A DNA stretch of 64,000 bases from an uncultured delta proteobacterium (GTDB taxonomy: Bacteria; Myxococcota; Myxococcia; Myxococcales; Anaeromyxobacteraceae): assembly GCA_963845515.1 (NCBI GenBank), contig CAWJSR010000035.1, forward strand, positions 32,001-96,000, read 5' to 3'. Made by a program: the position numbers and the translations under genes. The notes below the pieces were generated by a model that worked only from the letters and a program-made list of their open reading frames with translations, did no database searches and had not been told where the DNA came from. Position 1 is the first letter of the stretch, and each line of letters starts with the position of its first letter. Shown piece after piece: positions 1-10,594 of this stretch.

Positions 1-1191
1 AACGTCCTCGTGCTCAATTGTGGCAGCTCCTCGGCGAAGTTCGCTGTGATCAACGCGTCGGACGGCCAGGAGCTTGCCTCGGGCATCGCGCAGCGGCTCG
101 GCTCCGCGCACGCCTCCCTGGACTGGAAGATCGACGGGAAGAAGCAGTCCAAGGACCTTCACCGCGCCGACCACGACATAGGGCTCCGCGCCGTCGTGGA
201 CCTCCTGCGGGAGGCGAAGCTGGTCGATGCCCTCGTCGGCGTCGGCCACCGCGTCGTCCATGGCGGCGCCAAGTTCTCGGCCTCGATGGCGATCACGCAG
301 GAGGTCATCGACAAGATCACCGAGTGCATCCCCCTCGGCCCGCTCCACAACCCCGCCAACCTGCTCGGCATCAACATCGCGAAGGAGCTCTTCCCGACGC
401 TCCCTCAGGTCGCGGTCTTCGACACCGCGTTCCACCAGACGATGCCCGAGCGCGCCTACCTCTACGCGGTCCCGTACGAGTGGTTCGTCGAGAACGAGGT
501 CCGCCGCTACGGCTTCCACGGAACGAGCCACCGGTACGTCTCGGAGCAGGCTGTCAAGCGGCTCGGGCTCGATCCGAACGACCACACGCTCGTCACCGCC
601 CACCTCGGCAACGGCTGCTCCTGCACCGCCGTGAAGAACGGCAAGAGCATGGACACGACGATGGGGCTGACGCCGCTCGAGGGGGTCGTCATGGGGACCC
701 GCTCCGGCTCGATCGACCCCTCGATCATCTCGCACATGAAGGGCGCCCTGGGTAAGTCGGCCCACGACGTGATGGACATCCTCAACAAGCGCTCGGGCCT
801 CCTCGGGATCTCGGGGCTGTCCAACGACATGCGGACGCTCCACGAGGCGGCCGTCGCCGGCCACAAGCGGGCCGCGCTCGCCATCGACAAGTTCTGCTAC
901 TCGGTCGCCAAGGCCTGCGCCGGGCTCGTCGTGTCCGCCGGCGGGATGGACGCGCTCGTCTTCACCGGAGGCATCGGCGAGAACGCGACCTTCGTCCGCG
1001 CGAAGATCGTCGAACACCTCAAGTTCCTCGGGCTGACGCTGGACCCGGCGGCGAACCTCACCCACGGCAAGGAGAGCAACGGCCGGATCACGGTCGAGAC
1101 CAGGCCGCAGGCGGTCGTCATCCCGACCAACGAGGAGCTGATGATCGCCCTCGACACGGCAGAGATCATCGCCAAGAAGCCCAAGGCGTAG
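1..1191 (+). CDS. ackA: Acetate kinase (5' end lies just outside the window)
   Basis: Frame open from base 1 (NVLVLNCGSSS). Motifs GHRVVHGG, PLHNP, VFDTAFHQT, RRYGFHGTSH, HLGNG, MGLTPLEG, FTGGIGEN, PTNEE. Directly upstream of pta. Confidence 0.97.
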   Translation, partial: NVLVLNCGSSSAKFAVINASDGQELASGIAQRLGSAHASLDWKIDGKKQSKDLHRADHDIGLRAVVDLLREAKLVDALVGVGHRVVHGGAKFSASMAITQEVIDKITECIPLGPLHNPANLLGINIAKELFPTLPQVAVFDTAFHQTMPERAYLYAVPYEWFVENEVRRYGFHGTSHRYVSEQAVKRLGLDPNDHTLVTAHLGNGCSCTAVKNGKSMDTTMGLTPLEGVVMGTRSGSIDPSIISHMKGALGKSAHDVMDILNKRSGLLGISGLSNDMRTLHEAAVAGHKRAALAIDKFCYSVAKACAGLVVSAGGMDALVFTGGIGENATFVRAKIVEHLKFLGLTLDPAANLTHGKESNGRITVETRPQAVVIPTNEELMIALDTAEIIAKKPKA

Positions 1192-1231
1192 CAGGCCGGA
1201 AGTCCAACCCGCACCCCCAGCGAAGACAGCC

Positions 1232-3367
1232 ATGCCCCAGACCCTCCTCGTCGCCCCGTCGGGCCGTCAGGTCGGCCTCACGACCTCCTGTCTCGGCCTC
1301 GTCCGCGCGCTCGATCGCCTCGGCGCCCGCGTCGCCTTCGTGAAACCAGTCGCCGCCCGCGGGGTGGACCGGACCGTCGCCCTCATGAAGCAGGGGGCGC
1401 GCCTCTCGCCGCCCGAGCCGATCGCCCGGGCCGAGGCGGAGGCGCTCCTCGCCGCCGGCGACGACCAGACGCTCCTCGAGCGCGTGGTCGCGCTCTGCAA
1501 CGAGGCCGCGAAGGGTGCCGACGTCCTCGTCGTGGCCGGCATGGAGCCGGAGCCTGGGATGGTCTGGGCGACCCGGATGAACAACCTGATGCTCAAGGCG
1601 CTCGACGCGGAGCTGGTCCTCGTCGGGGCCCCGGGGGCCGACGGCCCCGCCGACGCCGCCAACGCGGTCGCCATCGCCGCGGCGGGCTACGCGCCCCTCC
1701 CCGAGGGGAGGGTCGTGGGGGCCATCCTGAACCGCGTCTCGAGGCAGAGTGGGAGCGACGGCCGGAGCACCTGGGTCGACGCCGGCATCGCCGTCCCGCA
1801 GCTCAGCGCCGACGACATCGACGCCTACAAGAAGGCGCTCGACGCGAAGAAGCTGAAGGCGGTCGCGGTCCTCCCGGCGACGAGCGCCATCGCCTCGCCG
1901 CGCGTCAAGGACGTCGCGGACGCGCTCGGCGCGAAGGCGCTGCGCCCCGGCGACTACGAGCGGCGGCGCGTGACGAGCATCGCCGTGGCGGCCTCCACCG
2001 CGCCGACCGCGTCGCGCTACTTCAAGCCCGGCACCCTCATCGTCACGCCGGGCGACCGGACCGACATCATCGAGGCGGCCGCCCTGGCCGTCCAGAACGG
2101 CACGCCGCTCGCCGGCCTGCTCCTGACCGGCGGCATCGTCCCGGGCGACAAGACCCTCGCCCTCTGCGAGGGCGCCCTCAAGACGGGCTTCCCGATCCTC
2201 ACGATCGAGAGCACGACGTTCCCGACTGCGACGGCCGTCGCGAACATCGACCTGCAGATCGCCGCCGACGACGCCGAGCGCGTCGATCGCGTGATGAACA
2301 CCGTCGCCGACCAGCTCGACGCGGAGTGGGTCAAGGCGCTCGCCGGGTCCACGCGGGTGACGCGCCTCTCCCCGCCGGCGTTCCGCTACAAGCTCGTCGA
2401 GACGGCCCGCGCGCTCAACAAGCGGATCGTCCTGCCGGAGGGGAACGAGCCTCGCACCGTCAAGGCGGCCGCCATCGCGCAGGAGCGCGGCATCGCCCGC
2501 TGCGTCCTGCTCGGGAACCCCGACGAGATCCGCGCGATCGCGCAGAAGCAGGGGGTCAAGCTCCCCGCCTCCATCGAGATCATCGACCCTGCCAGCTCGG
2601 CGCCGAAGTACGTCGACGCGCTCGTCGAGCGGCGCAAGCACAAGGGGATGACGGCGCAGACGGCTGGCGAGGAGCTCTCCGACACCATCATGCTCGGCAC
2701 CATGATGATGGTGCTCGACGAGGCGGACGGGCTCGTCTCCGGCGCGGTCCACACGACCGCCCACACGGTCCGGCCGGCGCTGCAGCTCATCAAGACTGCG
2801 CCCGGCTGCAACCTCGTGTCGTCGATCTTCTTCATGTGCCTGCCGGAGCAGGTGCTGGTCTTCGGCGACTGCGCCATCGTGCCGAACCCGACGGTGGAGG
2901 AGCTGGCCGACATCGCGATCCAGAGCGCCGACTCCGCCGCGGCTTTCGGTATCGAGCCGCGCGTCGCGATGCTCTCCTACTCCACCGGCGTCTCGGGCGC
3001 CGGCGCCGAGGTGGAGAAGGTGGCGAAGGCGACGGCGCTCGCGAAGAGCCTCCGCCCCGACCTCGCCATCGACGGCCCGCTCCAGTACGACGCGGCCCTC
3101 ATGCCCGACGTCGGCCGGTCGAAGGCGCCGAAGTCCCCGGTCGCCGGAAAGGCCACGGTCTTCATCTTCCCCGACCTCAACACGGGGAACGTGACCTACA
3201 AGGCGGTGCAGCGCAGCGCCAACGCCCTCGCGATGGGGCCGATGCTGCAGGGCATGGCGAAGCCGGTGAACGACCTCTCACGCGGCTGCCTCGTCGAGGA
3301 CATCGTCTTCACGATCGCGCTCACCGCCATCCAGGCCGAGCAGGCGAAGACCCGCGGAAAGAAGTAG
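1232..3367 (+). CDS. pta: Phosphate acetyltransferase, long form (N-terminal BioD-like + DRTGG + PTA domains)
   Basis: TPGDRTD, RLSPPAFRY, RIVLPEG, FGDCA, DGPLQYDAA, FPDLNTGN, PVNDLSRG motifs; follows ackA. Confidence 0.96.
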   Translation: MPQTLLVAPSGRQVGLTTSCLGLVRALDRLGARVAFVKPVAARGVDRTVALMKQGARLSPPEPIARAEAEALLAAGDDQTLLERVVALCNEAAKGADVLVVAGMEPEPGMVWATRMNNLMLKALDAELVLVGAPGADGPADAANAVAIAAAGYAPLPEGRVVGAILNRVSRQSGSDGRSTWVDAGIAVPQLSADDIDAYKKALDAKKLKAVAVLPATSAIASPRVKDVADALGAKALRPGDYERRRVTSIAVAASTAPTASRYFKPGTLIVTPGDRTDIIEAAALAVQNGTPLAGLLLTGGIVPGDKTLALCEGALKTGFPILTIESTTFPTATAVANIDLQIAADDAERVDRVMNTVADQLDAEWVKALAGSTRVTRLSPPAFRYKLVETARALNKRIVLPEGNEPRTVKAAAIAQERGIARCVLLGNPDEIRAIAQKQGVKLPASIEIIDPASSAPKYVDALVERRKHKGMTAQTAGEELSDTIMLGTMMMVLDEADGLVSGAVHTTAHTVRPALQLIKTAPGCNLVSSIFFMCLPEQVLVFGDCAIVPNPTVEELADIAIQSADSAAAFGIEPRVAMLSYSTGVSGAGAEVEKVAKATALAKSLRPDLAIDGPLQYDAALMPDVGRSKAPKSPVAGKATVFIFPDLNTGNVTYKAVQRSANALAMGPMLQGMAKPVNDLSRGCLVEDIVFTIALTAIQAEQAKTRGKK

Positions 3368-3389
3368 CCCCGCCTCCGGCGATCGCGAA

Positions 3390-3422
3390 GACCTCTCCCG
3401 CAGCCGCGGGAGGGGGCTTTTC
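3390..3422 (+). terminator. Rho-independent terminator after pta
   Basis: Hairpin CCTCTCCCGC-AGCC-GCGGGAGGGG followed by CTTTT. Confidence 0.65.
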
Positions 3423-3751
3423 AGTTCGCCTCGGCGCCATGGCGAGGCGCGCGGACCCTTGGGGCCGGGAGACCGCACCCATGAGTCCTCAGTCACTCGC
3501 GACAATCCGTCCGCGCAGACGCTGCATGCGCCTTCACGAAGCGTGACTGCCGCGCCGCGGCAAGGCGGGCTGCGCGCGCAGAGCCGCGTGATCCCGCCGG
3601 ATCCAGTGGCGCTGACGCTACCAATGGGCGAGCGGACTCAATGCACCCCGGGTGAATGCAGATTGTCGCAGGGCGCAGCGTTTGCGCGCGCCGCTGGGCC
3701 GGTTCGATGCACGTGGGTCGACGTTCGCCACGGGACTTTGAGGAGAGACAC

Positions 3752-5425
3752 ATGAGGAACCTCGGTATCGGTGCTCGGCTCGGGACTGTCTTCGCTGCGC
3801 TGCTCGCTGCCGTCGCAGTCGTCGGCTGGCTCGGCATGGACCGGCTCGCGAGCCAGAAGCAGTCCCTCGGGAAGATCGCGGGACCGCGCTGGGAGGAGAC
3901 CGAGGACGCCGTGAAGGGGATCGAGCTGATCGGTCACCGCACCGCGCTCGTCTCCGCGGTCTTCCTCTCCGCCGACGACCGGACGATGTCCGCCGCGCTC
4001 CGCGCCGCAGGCGAGGAGGAGCGGACGGCTGCCGCCGAGCTCGACGCCCTCACCGCGCACGTCAAGGGGCTCGGCTGCAAGCCCGGCATGGAGACCCTCG
4101 CGCAGGTCCACGCCGCCACCGACGCGTTCGACGCGGCCTTCCAGCGTTCGAAGGGGATGCTCGACGCCGGCCAGCGCGATGAGGCCCGGGCGTTCGCAGC
4201 GGCCGAGGTGCTGCCCAGGCTCGACGACGTCCAGCAGGCGTGGATGGCCTTCTTCGCCCACGAGGGCGTCCACGTCCGCACCGCCTCCGACGGCGTCGAA
4301 GCCGAGTACACGAGCGCACGGAACATCACCGTCTCGCTCATCGCCGCCGCCATCATCGCCGCGGCGCTCCTCGCCATCTGGATCACCCGCGGGATCACCG
4401 GGCCGGTGGCGGACGCCGTCTCTGCCGCGGCGCGCATCGCCGCCGGCGACCTGCGCGACCCGGTCAAGGTCACCTCGCGGGACGAGATCGGCCTGCTCCA
4501 GCAGGCGATGCGGGACATGGGAGAGAAGCTGGCGGAGGTGATAGGCGAGGTGCGCGGCGGCGCGACCGCGCTCGGATCCGCCTCGGCCCAGGTCTCCAGC
4601 ACCGCCCAGACGCTGTCGCAGGGGACTGGCGAGCAGGCCGCGTCCGTCGAGGAGACCACCTCGGCCCTGGAGGAGATGGGGAGCTCCATCACGCAGAACG
4701 CCGAGAACAGCCGCCAGACCGAGATGATGGCCAAGGAGCAGGCCGCCCGCGCCGAGGAGAGCGGCCGCGCGGTCCTCGAGACCGTGGCGGCGATGCGCAC
4801 GATCGCCGAGCGGATCTCGATCATCGAGGAGATCGCGTACCAGACCAACCTCCTCGCGCTGAACGCCGCCATCGAGGCGGCCCGGGCCGGCGAGCACGGG
4901 CGCGGGTTCGCCGTCGTGGCGACCGAGGTCCGGAAGCTGGCGGAGCGGGCGCAGAAGGCGGCCCAGGAGATCGGCGCCATGGCGGGGACGTCCGTCGCCG
5001 TCGCCGAGCGGAGCGGCAACCTCATCTCGGAGCTGGTCCCCGCCATCCGCAAGACCGCCGACCTCGTGCAGGAGGTCTCCGCGGCGTCGCAGGAGCAGGG
5101 GGCGGGCGTCGGGCAGGTCAACAAGGCCATGGCCGTCGTCGACTCGGTGACCCAGCGGAACGCGAGCGCCGCCGAGGAGCTCTCCTCGACCTCCGAGGAG
5201 ATGGCGTCGCAGGCGGAGGCGCTCCAGTCGCTCATGTCCTTCTTCCGGCTCGCGGACGAGCGCGCGACCCGCGCCCTGCCGCGCCCGATGGCTGCCAGGT
5301 CCGCGGAGGCCAGGCCGCCCAGGGTCGCGCCGGAGTACCCGCACCCGGTCCTCCCCAGCCCCGGACACTCCGCCCCAGGCGCGGCGAAGCCGGCACGCGG
5401 CGACGGCTCGTTCAAGCGGTTCTAG
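3752..5425 (+). CDS. Methyl-accepting chemotaxis protein (TM-periplasmic sensor-TM-HAMP-signalling domain)
   Basis: GAGGAG RBS before ATG 3752; two hydrophobic segments; HAMP (RDEIGLL); [31 protein letters not shown]-terminal FKRF tether-like tail. Confidence 0.95.
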   Translation: MRNLGIGARLGTVFAALLAAVAVVGWLGMDRLASQKQSLGKIAGPRWEETEDAVKGIELIGHRTALVSAVFLSADDRTMSAALRAAGEEERTAAAELDALTAHVKGLGCKPGMETLAQVHAATDAFDAAFQRSKGMLDAGQRDEARAFAAAEVLPRLDDVQQAWMAFFAHEGVHVRTASDGVEAEYTSARNITVSLIAAAIIAAALLAIWITRGITGPVADAVSAAARIAAGDLRDPVKVTSRDEIGLLQQAMRDMGEKLAEVIGEVRGGATALGSASAQVSSTAQTLSQGTGEQAASVEETTSALEEMGSSITQNAENSRQTEMMAKEQAARAEESGRAVLETVAAMRTIAERISIIEEIAYQTNLLALNAAIEAARAGEHGRGFAVVATEVRKLAERAQKAAQEIGAMAGTSVAVAERSGNLISELVPAIRKTADLVQEVSAASQEQGAGVGQVNKAMAVVDSVTQRNASAAEELSSTSEEMASQAEALQSLMSFFRLADERATRALPRPMAARSAEARPPRVAPEYPHPVLPSPGHSAPGAAKPARGDGSFKRF

Positions 5426-6084
5426 CGGACCATCCCGCGCACGAGCCCGTCGAGCTGACCCGGGTCGATCCCTGCCTCGTGCAGGACGGCCCCCCAGGTC
5501 GTCCGGCCCGCACGTACCTCGACCACGAGCGGTAGGACCGGCGCGCCCAGCTTCGACGAGACGACCGTGGCGACCACCAGCTCCTCGGTGCCGGCGCCAG
5601 CGGCACGGATCGCCTTCAGCGCCGCTGGGCTCGCCCGCGTTCGGGCCACGAGCACGTCGTCCACGGCCAGGGCGGCCAGCTCCGGCGCCCCCGCATCCCG
5701 CGCCAGCGCTGCGTCGAAGGCCGGGCCCAGCGTGCCGGCCCCTGCCAGCGCCGCCCTCCAGGAGCCCTTCTCGGCGCGCGCGTCCAGCAGCCCGGCGGGC
5801 TGCCGCTTCGAGCGCGCGGCGGCCCAGTGGGCGACCCACAGATCCTCCGGCGTCGTCCCGGTCATCACGGCGCGCACCAGCTCCGTCTTCGGCACCCCGA
5901 AGGCCGCCGAGAGGAGGGAGCTGCGCGTCGTGGCGAGGATGTACGGATTGGCAGCTCCGGGGCGCGCCGGCTCGAAGGTACGGTCCTGGAAGCAGTGGCA
6001 GCCTGCTGTCGCCTCAGGGCGCGCGACGGCGGGGAGGAGAACGAGGGCGGCGGCGAGTGTCAGGGCGGGGGTCGTCCAATGCAT
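5422..6084 (-). CDS. Exported hypothetical protein
   Basis: Signal-peptide-like N-terminus ([23 protein letters not shown]), then a CHCF motif; host-like codon usage; converges on the MCP. Confidence 0.7.
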   Translation of the reverse strand: MHWTTPALTLAAALVLLPAVARPEATAGCHCFQDRTFEPARPGAANPYILATTRSSLLSAAFGVPKTELVRAVMTGTTPEDLWVAHWAAARSKRQPAGLLDARAEKGSWRAALAGAGTLGPAFDAALARDAGAPELAALAVDDVLVARTRASPAALKAIRAAGAGTEELVVATVVSSKLGAPVLPLVVEVRAGRTTWGAVLHEAGIDPGQLDGLVRGMVR

Positions 6085-6155
6085 TGGGGGGGGGCCTCCA
6101 GCACCCTGATGTAACGGCATGTTCACTGCGGCGCCAGACCTGCTAGAAAGCACCC

Positions 6156-7898
6156 GTGCCCTTCCTGTCCCTTGGCGCGCACCCCTTCCTCGCACGCGCC
6201 CTCGCCCTCCACGGTTACGAGCAGCCCACGCCGGTCCAGTCCGCGGTCCTCGCCGAGGCGCTGCGGGGCCGCGACCTGCTGGTCTCCTCGCGAACCGGCT
6301 CCGGCAAGACGGTGGCCTTCGGGCTCGTCCTCGCCGACACGCTGCTCGGCGCCGAGACGTCCTTCGGTCGGGCCGGACCGCCGCTGGGGCTCGTCGTCGC
6401 CCCGACTCGCGAGCTGGCCGTCCAGGTCCAGCGTGAGCTGTCCTGGCTCCTCGCCGAGGCAGGCGGGAAGGTGGTCGCCTGCGTCGGTGGCATGGACGCC
6501 CGGCGCGAGGCGCGCTCGCTCTCCGATGGCGCCCACCTCGTGGTCGGCACCCCGGGCCGCCTCCTGGATCACCACAGGCGCCGCTCGCTAGACCTCTCCC
6601 AGCTGCGCGCCCTCGTGCTCGACGAGGCGGACGAGATGCTCGACATGGGGTTCCGCGAGGAGCTGGAGGCGATCCTCGCCGCCGCCCCTCCCGAGCGCCG
6701 GACCATCCTCTTCTCGGCGACGCTCCCGAAGCCGATCGTCGAGCTCTCCAAGAAGTACACGCGCGACCCGGTCCGCGTCGCGGCCACCAACCCGAGGCAG
6801 GCGCACGAAGACATCGCCTGGCGCGCCCACGTGGTCGCGGCGAACGAGCGGGAGCACGCGATCGTCAACGTGCTCCGTCGGCTGGAGCCCGAGAGCGCCC
6901 TCGTCTTCCGCGGTACGCGCGAGGCCGCCCACCACACGTCCTCGAGCCTCTCCGAGCGCGGGTTCGCCGCGGTCGCCATCTCGGGAGAGCTGACGCAGGG
7001 AGAGCGGACGCGCGCGCTGAAGGAGCTGCGCGACGGCCGCGCCCGGGTCCTCGTCGCCACCGACGTCGCCGCCCGCGGCCTGGACCTGCCCGGGATCGAG
7101 CTGGTCCTCCACGGCGATCCGCCGCGCGACCCCCAGGCCCTCCAGCACCGGAGCGGGCGCACCGGTCGCGCCGGCAAGAAGGGGCTGGCAGTGCTGCTCG
7201 CCGCGCCCAACGAGCGGCTCAAGGTCGAGCGGATGCTGAAGGAGATCGGCGCCGCCGTCGAGTGGACGCCGGTCCCCACGCCCGAGGAGATCCGCGGCTG
7301 CGACGAGGAGCGGCTCGCCGCCCGGCTCGACGCGATGAGCGCCGAGACGACCGAGGAGGAGCTCTCCGCCGCCAGCCGCCTGCTGGTGGGGCGCGACCCG
7401 AACCAGGTCGCCGCAGCGCTCGTCCGGCTGGAGCGGTCCAGGCTCCCCGCCCCCGAGGAGCTCACCGAGACGGCCGCCGCCGCCAGGCAGCTTCCGGTGG
7501 CGCGCGGCGTGCGCAAGGCCCGCGGCGGTCCGCCGAAGGACTGCGTCTGGTTCAGGATCGGCATCGGGCGCGAGAAGAACGCCGACCCGAAGTGGATCCT
7601 GCCGATCATCTGCCGCCGCGGGGAGGTCACCCGCGACGAGATCGGCAAGATCGTGATCGAGGAGCGCCAGACCCGCTTCGAGGTGGCGCGGGAGGCCGCC
7701 GAGGCCTTCCAGAAGGCGGCCGCGCAGCCCGACCCCCGCGCGCCCGGAGTCCGGATCGATCCGTGGCGTGGCCCACCACCGTCCGACCGGCCCGCCCCTG
7801 CGGCCCGGACCCACGCCGCCCCCGCCGCGCGGCGCGGCGACGGCCACCTGGAGCCCGGCGGCGGCCACCGGCCGCCCGCGCGGAAGCCTCGCAAGTGA
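6156..7898 (+). CDS. DEAD-box RNA helicase with DbpA-type C-terminal RNA-binding domain
   Basis: PTPVQ, TGSGKT, PTRELA, TPGR, DEAD, SAT, ARGLD, HRSGRTGR motifs; C-terminal WFRIGIGR domain. Confidence 0.95.
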   Translation: MPFLSLGAHPFLARALALHGYEQPTPVQSAVLAEALRGRDLLVSSRTGSGKTVAFGLVLADTLLGAETSFGRAGPPLGLVVAPTRELAVQVQRELSWLLAEAGGKVVACVGGMDARREARSLSDGAHLVVGTPGRLLDHHRRRSLDLSQLRALVLDEADEMLDMGFREELEAILAAAPPERRTILFSATLPKPIVELSKKYTRDPVRVAATNPRQAHEDIAWRAHVVAANEREHAIVNVLRRLEPESALVFRGTREAAHHTSSSLSERGFAAVAISGELTQGERTRALKELRDGRARVLVATDVAARGLDLPGIELVLHGDPPRDPQALQHRSGRTGRAGKKGLAVLLAAPNERLKVERMLKEIGAAVEWTPVPTPEEIRGCDEERLAARLDAMSAETTEEELSAASRLLVGRDPNQVAAALVRLERSRLPAPEELTETAAAARQLPVARGVRKARGGPPKDCVWFRIGIGREKNADPKWILPIICRRGEVTRDEIGKIVIEERQTRFEVAREAAEAFQKAAAQPDPRAPGVRIDPWRGPPPSDRPAPAARTHAAPAARRGDGHLEPGGGHRPPARKPRK

Positions 7899-7903
7899 CG
7901 AAG

Positions 7904-7929
7904 AGGGGCCCGGCGGCAGCCGAGCCCCT
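7904..7929. terminator. Hairpin between convergent helicase and csp genes (possible bidirectional terminator)
   Basis: AGGGGCCCGGC-GGCA-GCCGAGCCCCT imperfect stem between the two stop codons. Confidence 0.5.
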
Positions 7930-7952
7930 TCGGTGAAGCGCGCGAGCGCTCT

Positions 7953-8156
7953 TCAGGCGCCCTTGACGTTGGCCGCCTGGAGCCCCTTCGGCCCCTTCTT
8001 GACCTCGAACTCCACCTTCTGGCCCTCCTTCAACGTCCGGAAGCCGTCGGCGACGATCGCGGTGTGGTGGACGAAGACGTCCTCACCCCCGCCATCCTGA
8101 GTGATGAAACCGAAGCCCTTCGCGTCGTTGAACCACTTCACCGTACCAGTAGCCAT
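7953..8156 (-). CDS. Cold-shock protein, CspA family
   Basis: [18 protein letters not shown]...DVFVHHTAI (RNP1/RNP2), 67 aa from ATG 8156. Confidence 0.97.
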   Translation of the reverse strand: MATGTVKWFNDAKGFGFITQDGGGEDVFVHHTAIVADGFRTLKEGQKVEFEVKKGPKGLQAANVKGA

Positions 8157-8415
8157 CCTGCACGCTTCGCTTTCGTGAATTCGGACGGCGACTTTGCCGG
8201 CCGCCACGCCACGACGGGGCGGGAATATTCATCTTAGAAGGGGGTTCCGAATCCGTCCACATCCGCAGGGCTTCGCTACCAGTGCGGGCGATGGCCCCAT
8301 GCCGCAGAGCGTCACGACGTCAGCGCGCGTTTGCCAAAAAACCCTTCCTCGCGCATGTGAACCCGTGGCAGGTATGTCGGACCGTGCTTTTCTTTGATCT
8401 CCAGCAATCGGCCAG

Positions 8416-8652
8416 GTGGCGATGACCCAGGGAACCGTCACGGTCGCTTCGGAGCTGTGCAAGGGGTGCGAGCTCTGCATGGCTGCCTGCCCGCAGGAGT
8501 GCCTTGCAATGTCGCCGGAGTTCAACGCCCGCGGTTACCGGTTCGCCGTGCTCGCGCCGGACCGCTGCACCGGCTGTGGCGCCTGCGCCATCGTCTGCCC
8601 CGACACGGCCCTCACCGTCTTCCGCGTGGCGCGGAAGCCCCGCGCGGCCTGA
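8416..8652 (+). CDS. 2x[4Fe-4S] ferredoxin-like delta subunit of 2-oxoacid:ferredoxin oxidoreductase
   Basis: CKGCELCMAACP and CTGCGACAIVCP; first gene of the oxidoreductase operon (alternative ATG at 8422). Confidence 0.92.
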   Translation: MAMTQGTVTVASELCKGCELCMAACPQECLAMSPEFNARGYRFAVLAPDRCTGCGACAIVCPDTALTVFRVARKPRAA

Positions 8653-8703
8653 CGAACCGTGAAGAGACCCGACCGCCATGACGCTCCCGGACTCGCCCAG
8701 AGA

Positions 8704-9801
8704 ATGACCTCCAGCTCCGCCAGCGACGTGCGGCTGATGAAGGGGAACGAGGCGCTCGCCGAGGCCGCGCTTCGCGCCGGGATGAAGGCCTACTTCGGCT
8801 ACCCGATCACGCCGCAGTCCGAGGTGCTCGAGTACCTGGCGCTGCACTCGCGGGAGCACCCCGGGACGGTCGTGCTCCAGGCGGAGAGCGAGATCGCCGC
8901 GATCAACATGGTCTTCGGCGCCGCCGGCGCCGGCGCGCGGACGATGATCAGCTCCTCCAGCCCCGGCATCAGCCTCATGCAGGAGGGGCTGTCCTACATG
9001 GCCTGCTCCCAGCTCCCGGCGCTCGTGGTGAACGTGCAGCGCGGCGGACCCGGGCTCGGGACGATCCAGCCCTCGCAGGCCGACTACCACCAGGCGGTGA
9101 AGGGGGGCGGCCACGGCGACTACCGGCTCATCGTCCTCGCGCCGGCCTCGGTGCAGGAGCTGGTGGATCACGTCTTCCTCGGCTTCCAGCTCGCCGAGCG
9201 CTACCGGAACCCGGCGATGATCCTGGCCGACGGCGCGCTCGGGCAGATGATGGAGAAGGTCACCCTCCCCCCGGCCGGCAGCCTCCCCCACGTGGCGCCG
9301 CCGTGGGCGACCACCGGCAAGCCGAAGGACCGTCCCCGCAACGTGGTCCTCTCCGTCTTCATCCAGCCAGAGCGGATGGAGCAGCAGAACCTGCTGCTCC
9401 AGGAGAAGTACCGCGTGATCCGCGAGGCCGAGCCCCGCTGCGAGCAGCTGCGCATGGAGGACGCCGAGATCGCCCTGGTCGCGTTCGGCCTCTCGGCCCG
9501 GATCTGCCAGAAGGCGATGGACCTCGCCCGCGAGAAGGGGATACGGGCCGGGCTCATTCGCCCGATCACGCTCTTCCCCTTCCCGTCGGGGGTGCTCGCG
9601 CGCGCGGCCGGGACGGCGCGGACCTTCCTCACCGTGGAGCTCAACGCCGGTCAGATGGTCGAGGACGTCCGGCTCGCCGTCGACGGGCGCCGGCCGGTGG
9701 AGTTCACTGGCAGGATGGGCGGCATGGTCCCGAGCCCGGACGACGTGCTGGCGAAGATCGAGGAGCTGGCCGCGCGGCTCGGCTCCCGCGCCGGCGCCTG
9801 A
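8704..9801 (+). CDS. vorB: 2-oxoacid:ferredoxin oxidoreductase alpha subunit (VorB / 2-ketoisovalerate-type)
   Basis: LMKGNEALAEAA, YFGYPITPQSE, QAESEIAA, SSSSPGISL, GGGHGDY; start approximate. Confidence 0.9.
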   Translation: MTSSSASDVRLMKGNEALAEAALRAGMKAYFGYPITPQSEVLEYLALHSREHPGTVVLQAESEIAAINMVFGAAGAGARTMISSSSPGISLMQEGLSYMACSQLPALVVNVQRGGPGLGTIQPSQADYHQAVKGGGHGDYRLIVLAPASVQELVDHVFLGFQLAERYRNPAMILADGALGQMMEKVTLPPAGSLPHVAPPWATTGKPKDRPRNVVLSVFIQPERMEQQNLLLQEKYRVIREAEPRCEQLRMEDAEIALVAFGLSARICQKAMDLAREKGIRAGLIRPITLFPFPSGVLARAAGTARTFLTVELNAGQMVEDVRLAVDGRRPVEFTGRMGGMVPSPDDVLAKIEELAARLGSRAGA

Positions 9802-9810
9802 GGAGAAGCC

Positions 9811-10578
9811 ATGGAGCGCACCGCGGCACCGGATGGGATGGAGGTCGTCTTCGAGCGGCCCGCGTCGCTCGTGGCGACCCCGACCCACTACTGCCCCGGC
9901 TGCGGCCACGGCGTCGTCCACCGCGCCCTGGCGCAGGCGATCGACGCGCTCGGGATCCAGTCCACCACCGTCGGCGTGGCCCCGGTCGGCTGCTCCGTCT
10001 TCATGTACGACTACCTCGACATCGACATGCAGCAGGCGGCGCACGGTCGCGCGAGCGCCGTCGCCGCCGGCGTGAAGCGTGTCCTCCCGGACCGGATGGT
10101 CTTCTCGTACCAAGGGGACGGGGATCTCGCGGCGATCGGGACCGGGGAGACGCTCCACGTCGCGAACCGCGGCGACGACATCCTGATGCTCTTCGTGAAC
10201 AACGCCATCTACGGTATGACCGGCGGCCAGATGGCCCCGACGACGCCGCTCGGCATGAAGACGACGACGACGCCCTTCGGCCGCGAGCCGGCCACGTCCG
10301 GCTACCCGCTCAAGATCACCGAGCTCGTGGCCCAGCTGCCGGGCACCTGCTACGTCACCCGCCAGGCGGTCCACACGGTCGCGGCGGCGCGCCGGCTCGA
10401 GAAGGCGATCGAGCGGGCCTTCCGGCTCCAGGCGGAGCGGCGCGGCACCTGCTTCATCGAGGTCGTCTCCGCCTGCCCGTCGGGCTGGAAGATGACGCCA
10501 CGCGAGGCCAACGCCTGGGTCGAAGAGTCCATGCTGAAGGAGTACCCGCTCGGCGACATGAAGGTGCCGACACCGTGA
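9811..10578 (+). CDS. 2-oxoacid:ferredoxin oxidoreductase beta (TPP-binding) subunit
   Basis: HYCPGCGHG, PVGC, HGRA, YQGDGD, NNAIYGMTGGQMAPTT. Confidence 0.93.
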   Translation: MERTAAPDGMEVVFERPASLVATPTHYCPGCGHGVVHRALAQAIDALGIQSTTVGVAPVGCSVFMYDYLDIDMQQAAHGRASAVAAGVKRVLPDRMVFSYQGDGDLAAIGTGETLHVANRGDDILMLFVNNAIYGMTGGQMAPTTPLGMKTTTTPFGREPATSGYPLKITELVAQLPGTCYVTRQAVHTVAAARRLEKAIERAFRLQAERRGTCFIEVVSACPSGWKMTPREANAWVEESMLKEYPLGDMKVPTP

Positions 10579-10594
10579 GGGAGCGTCTCGCGCA

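Noticed and set aside
3550..3625. Possible c-di-GMP-I riboswitch upstream of the MCP (GGCAAG...GCGCAGAGCCGCG)
   Set aside because: Lacks the GGCAAA-stem-GNRA-stem core; the resemblance is too weak.
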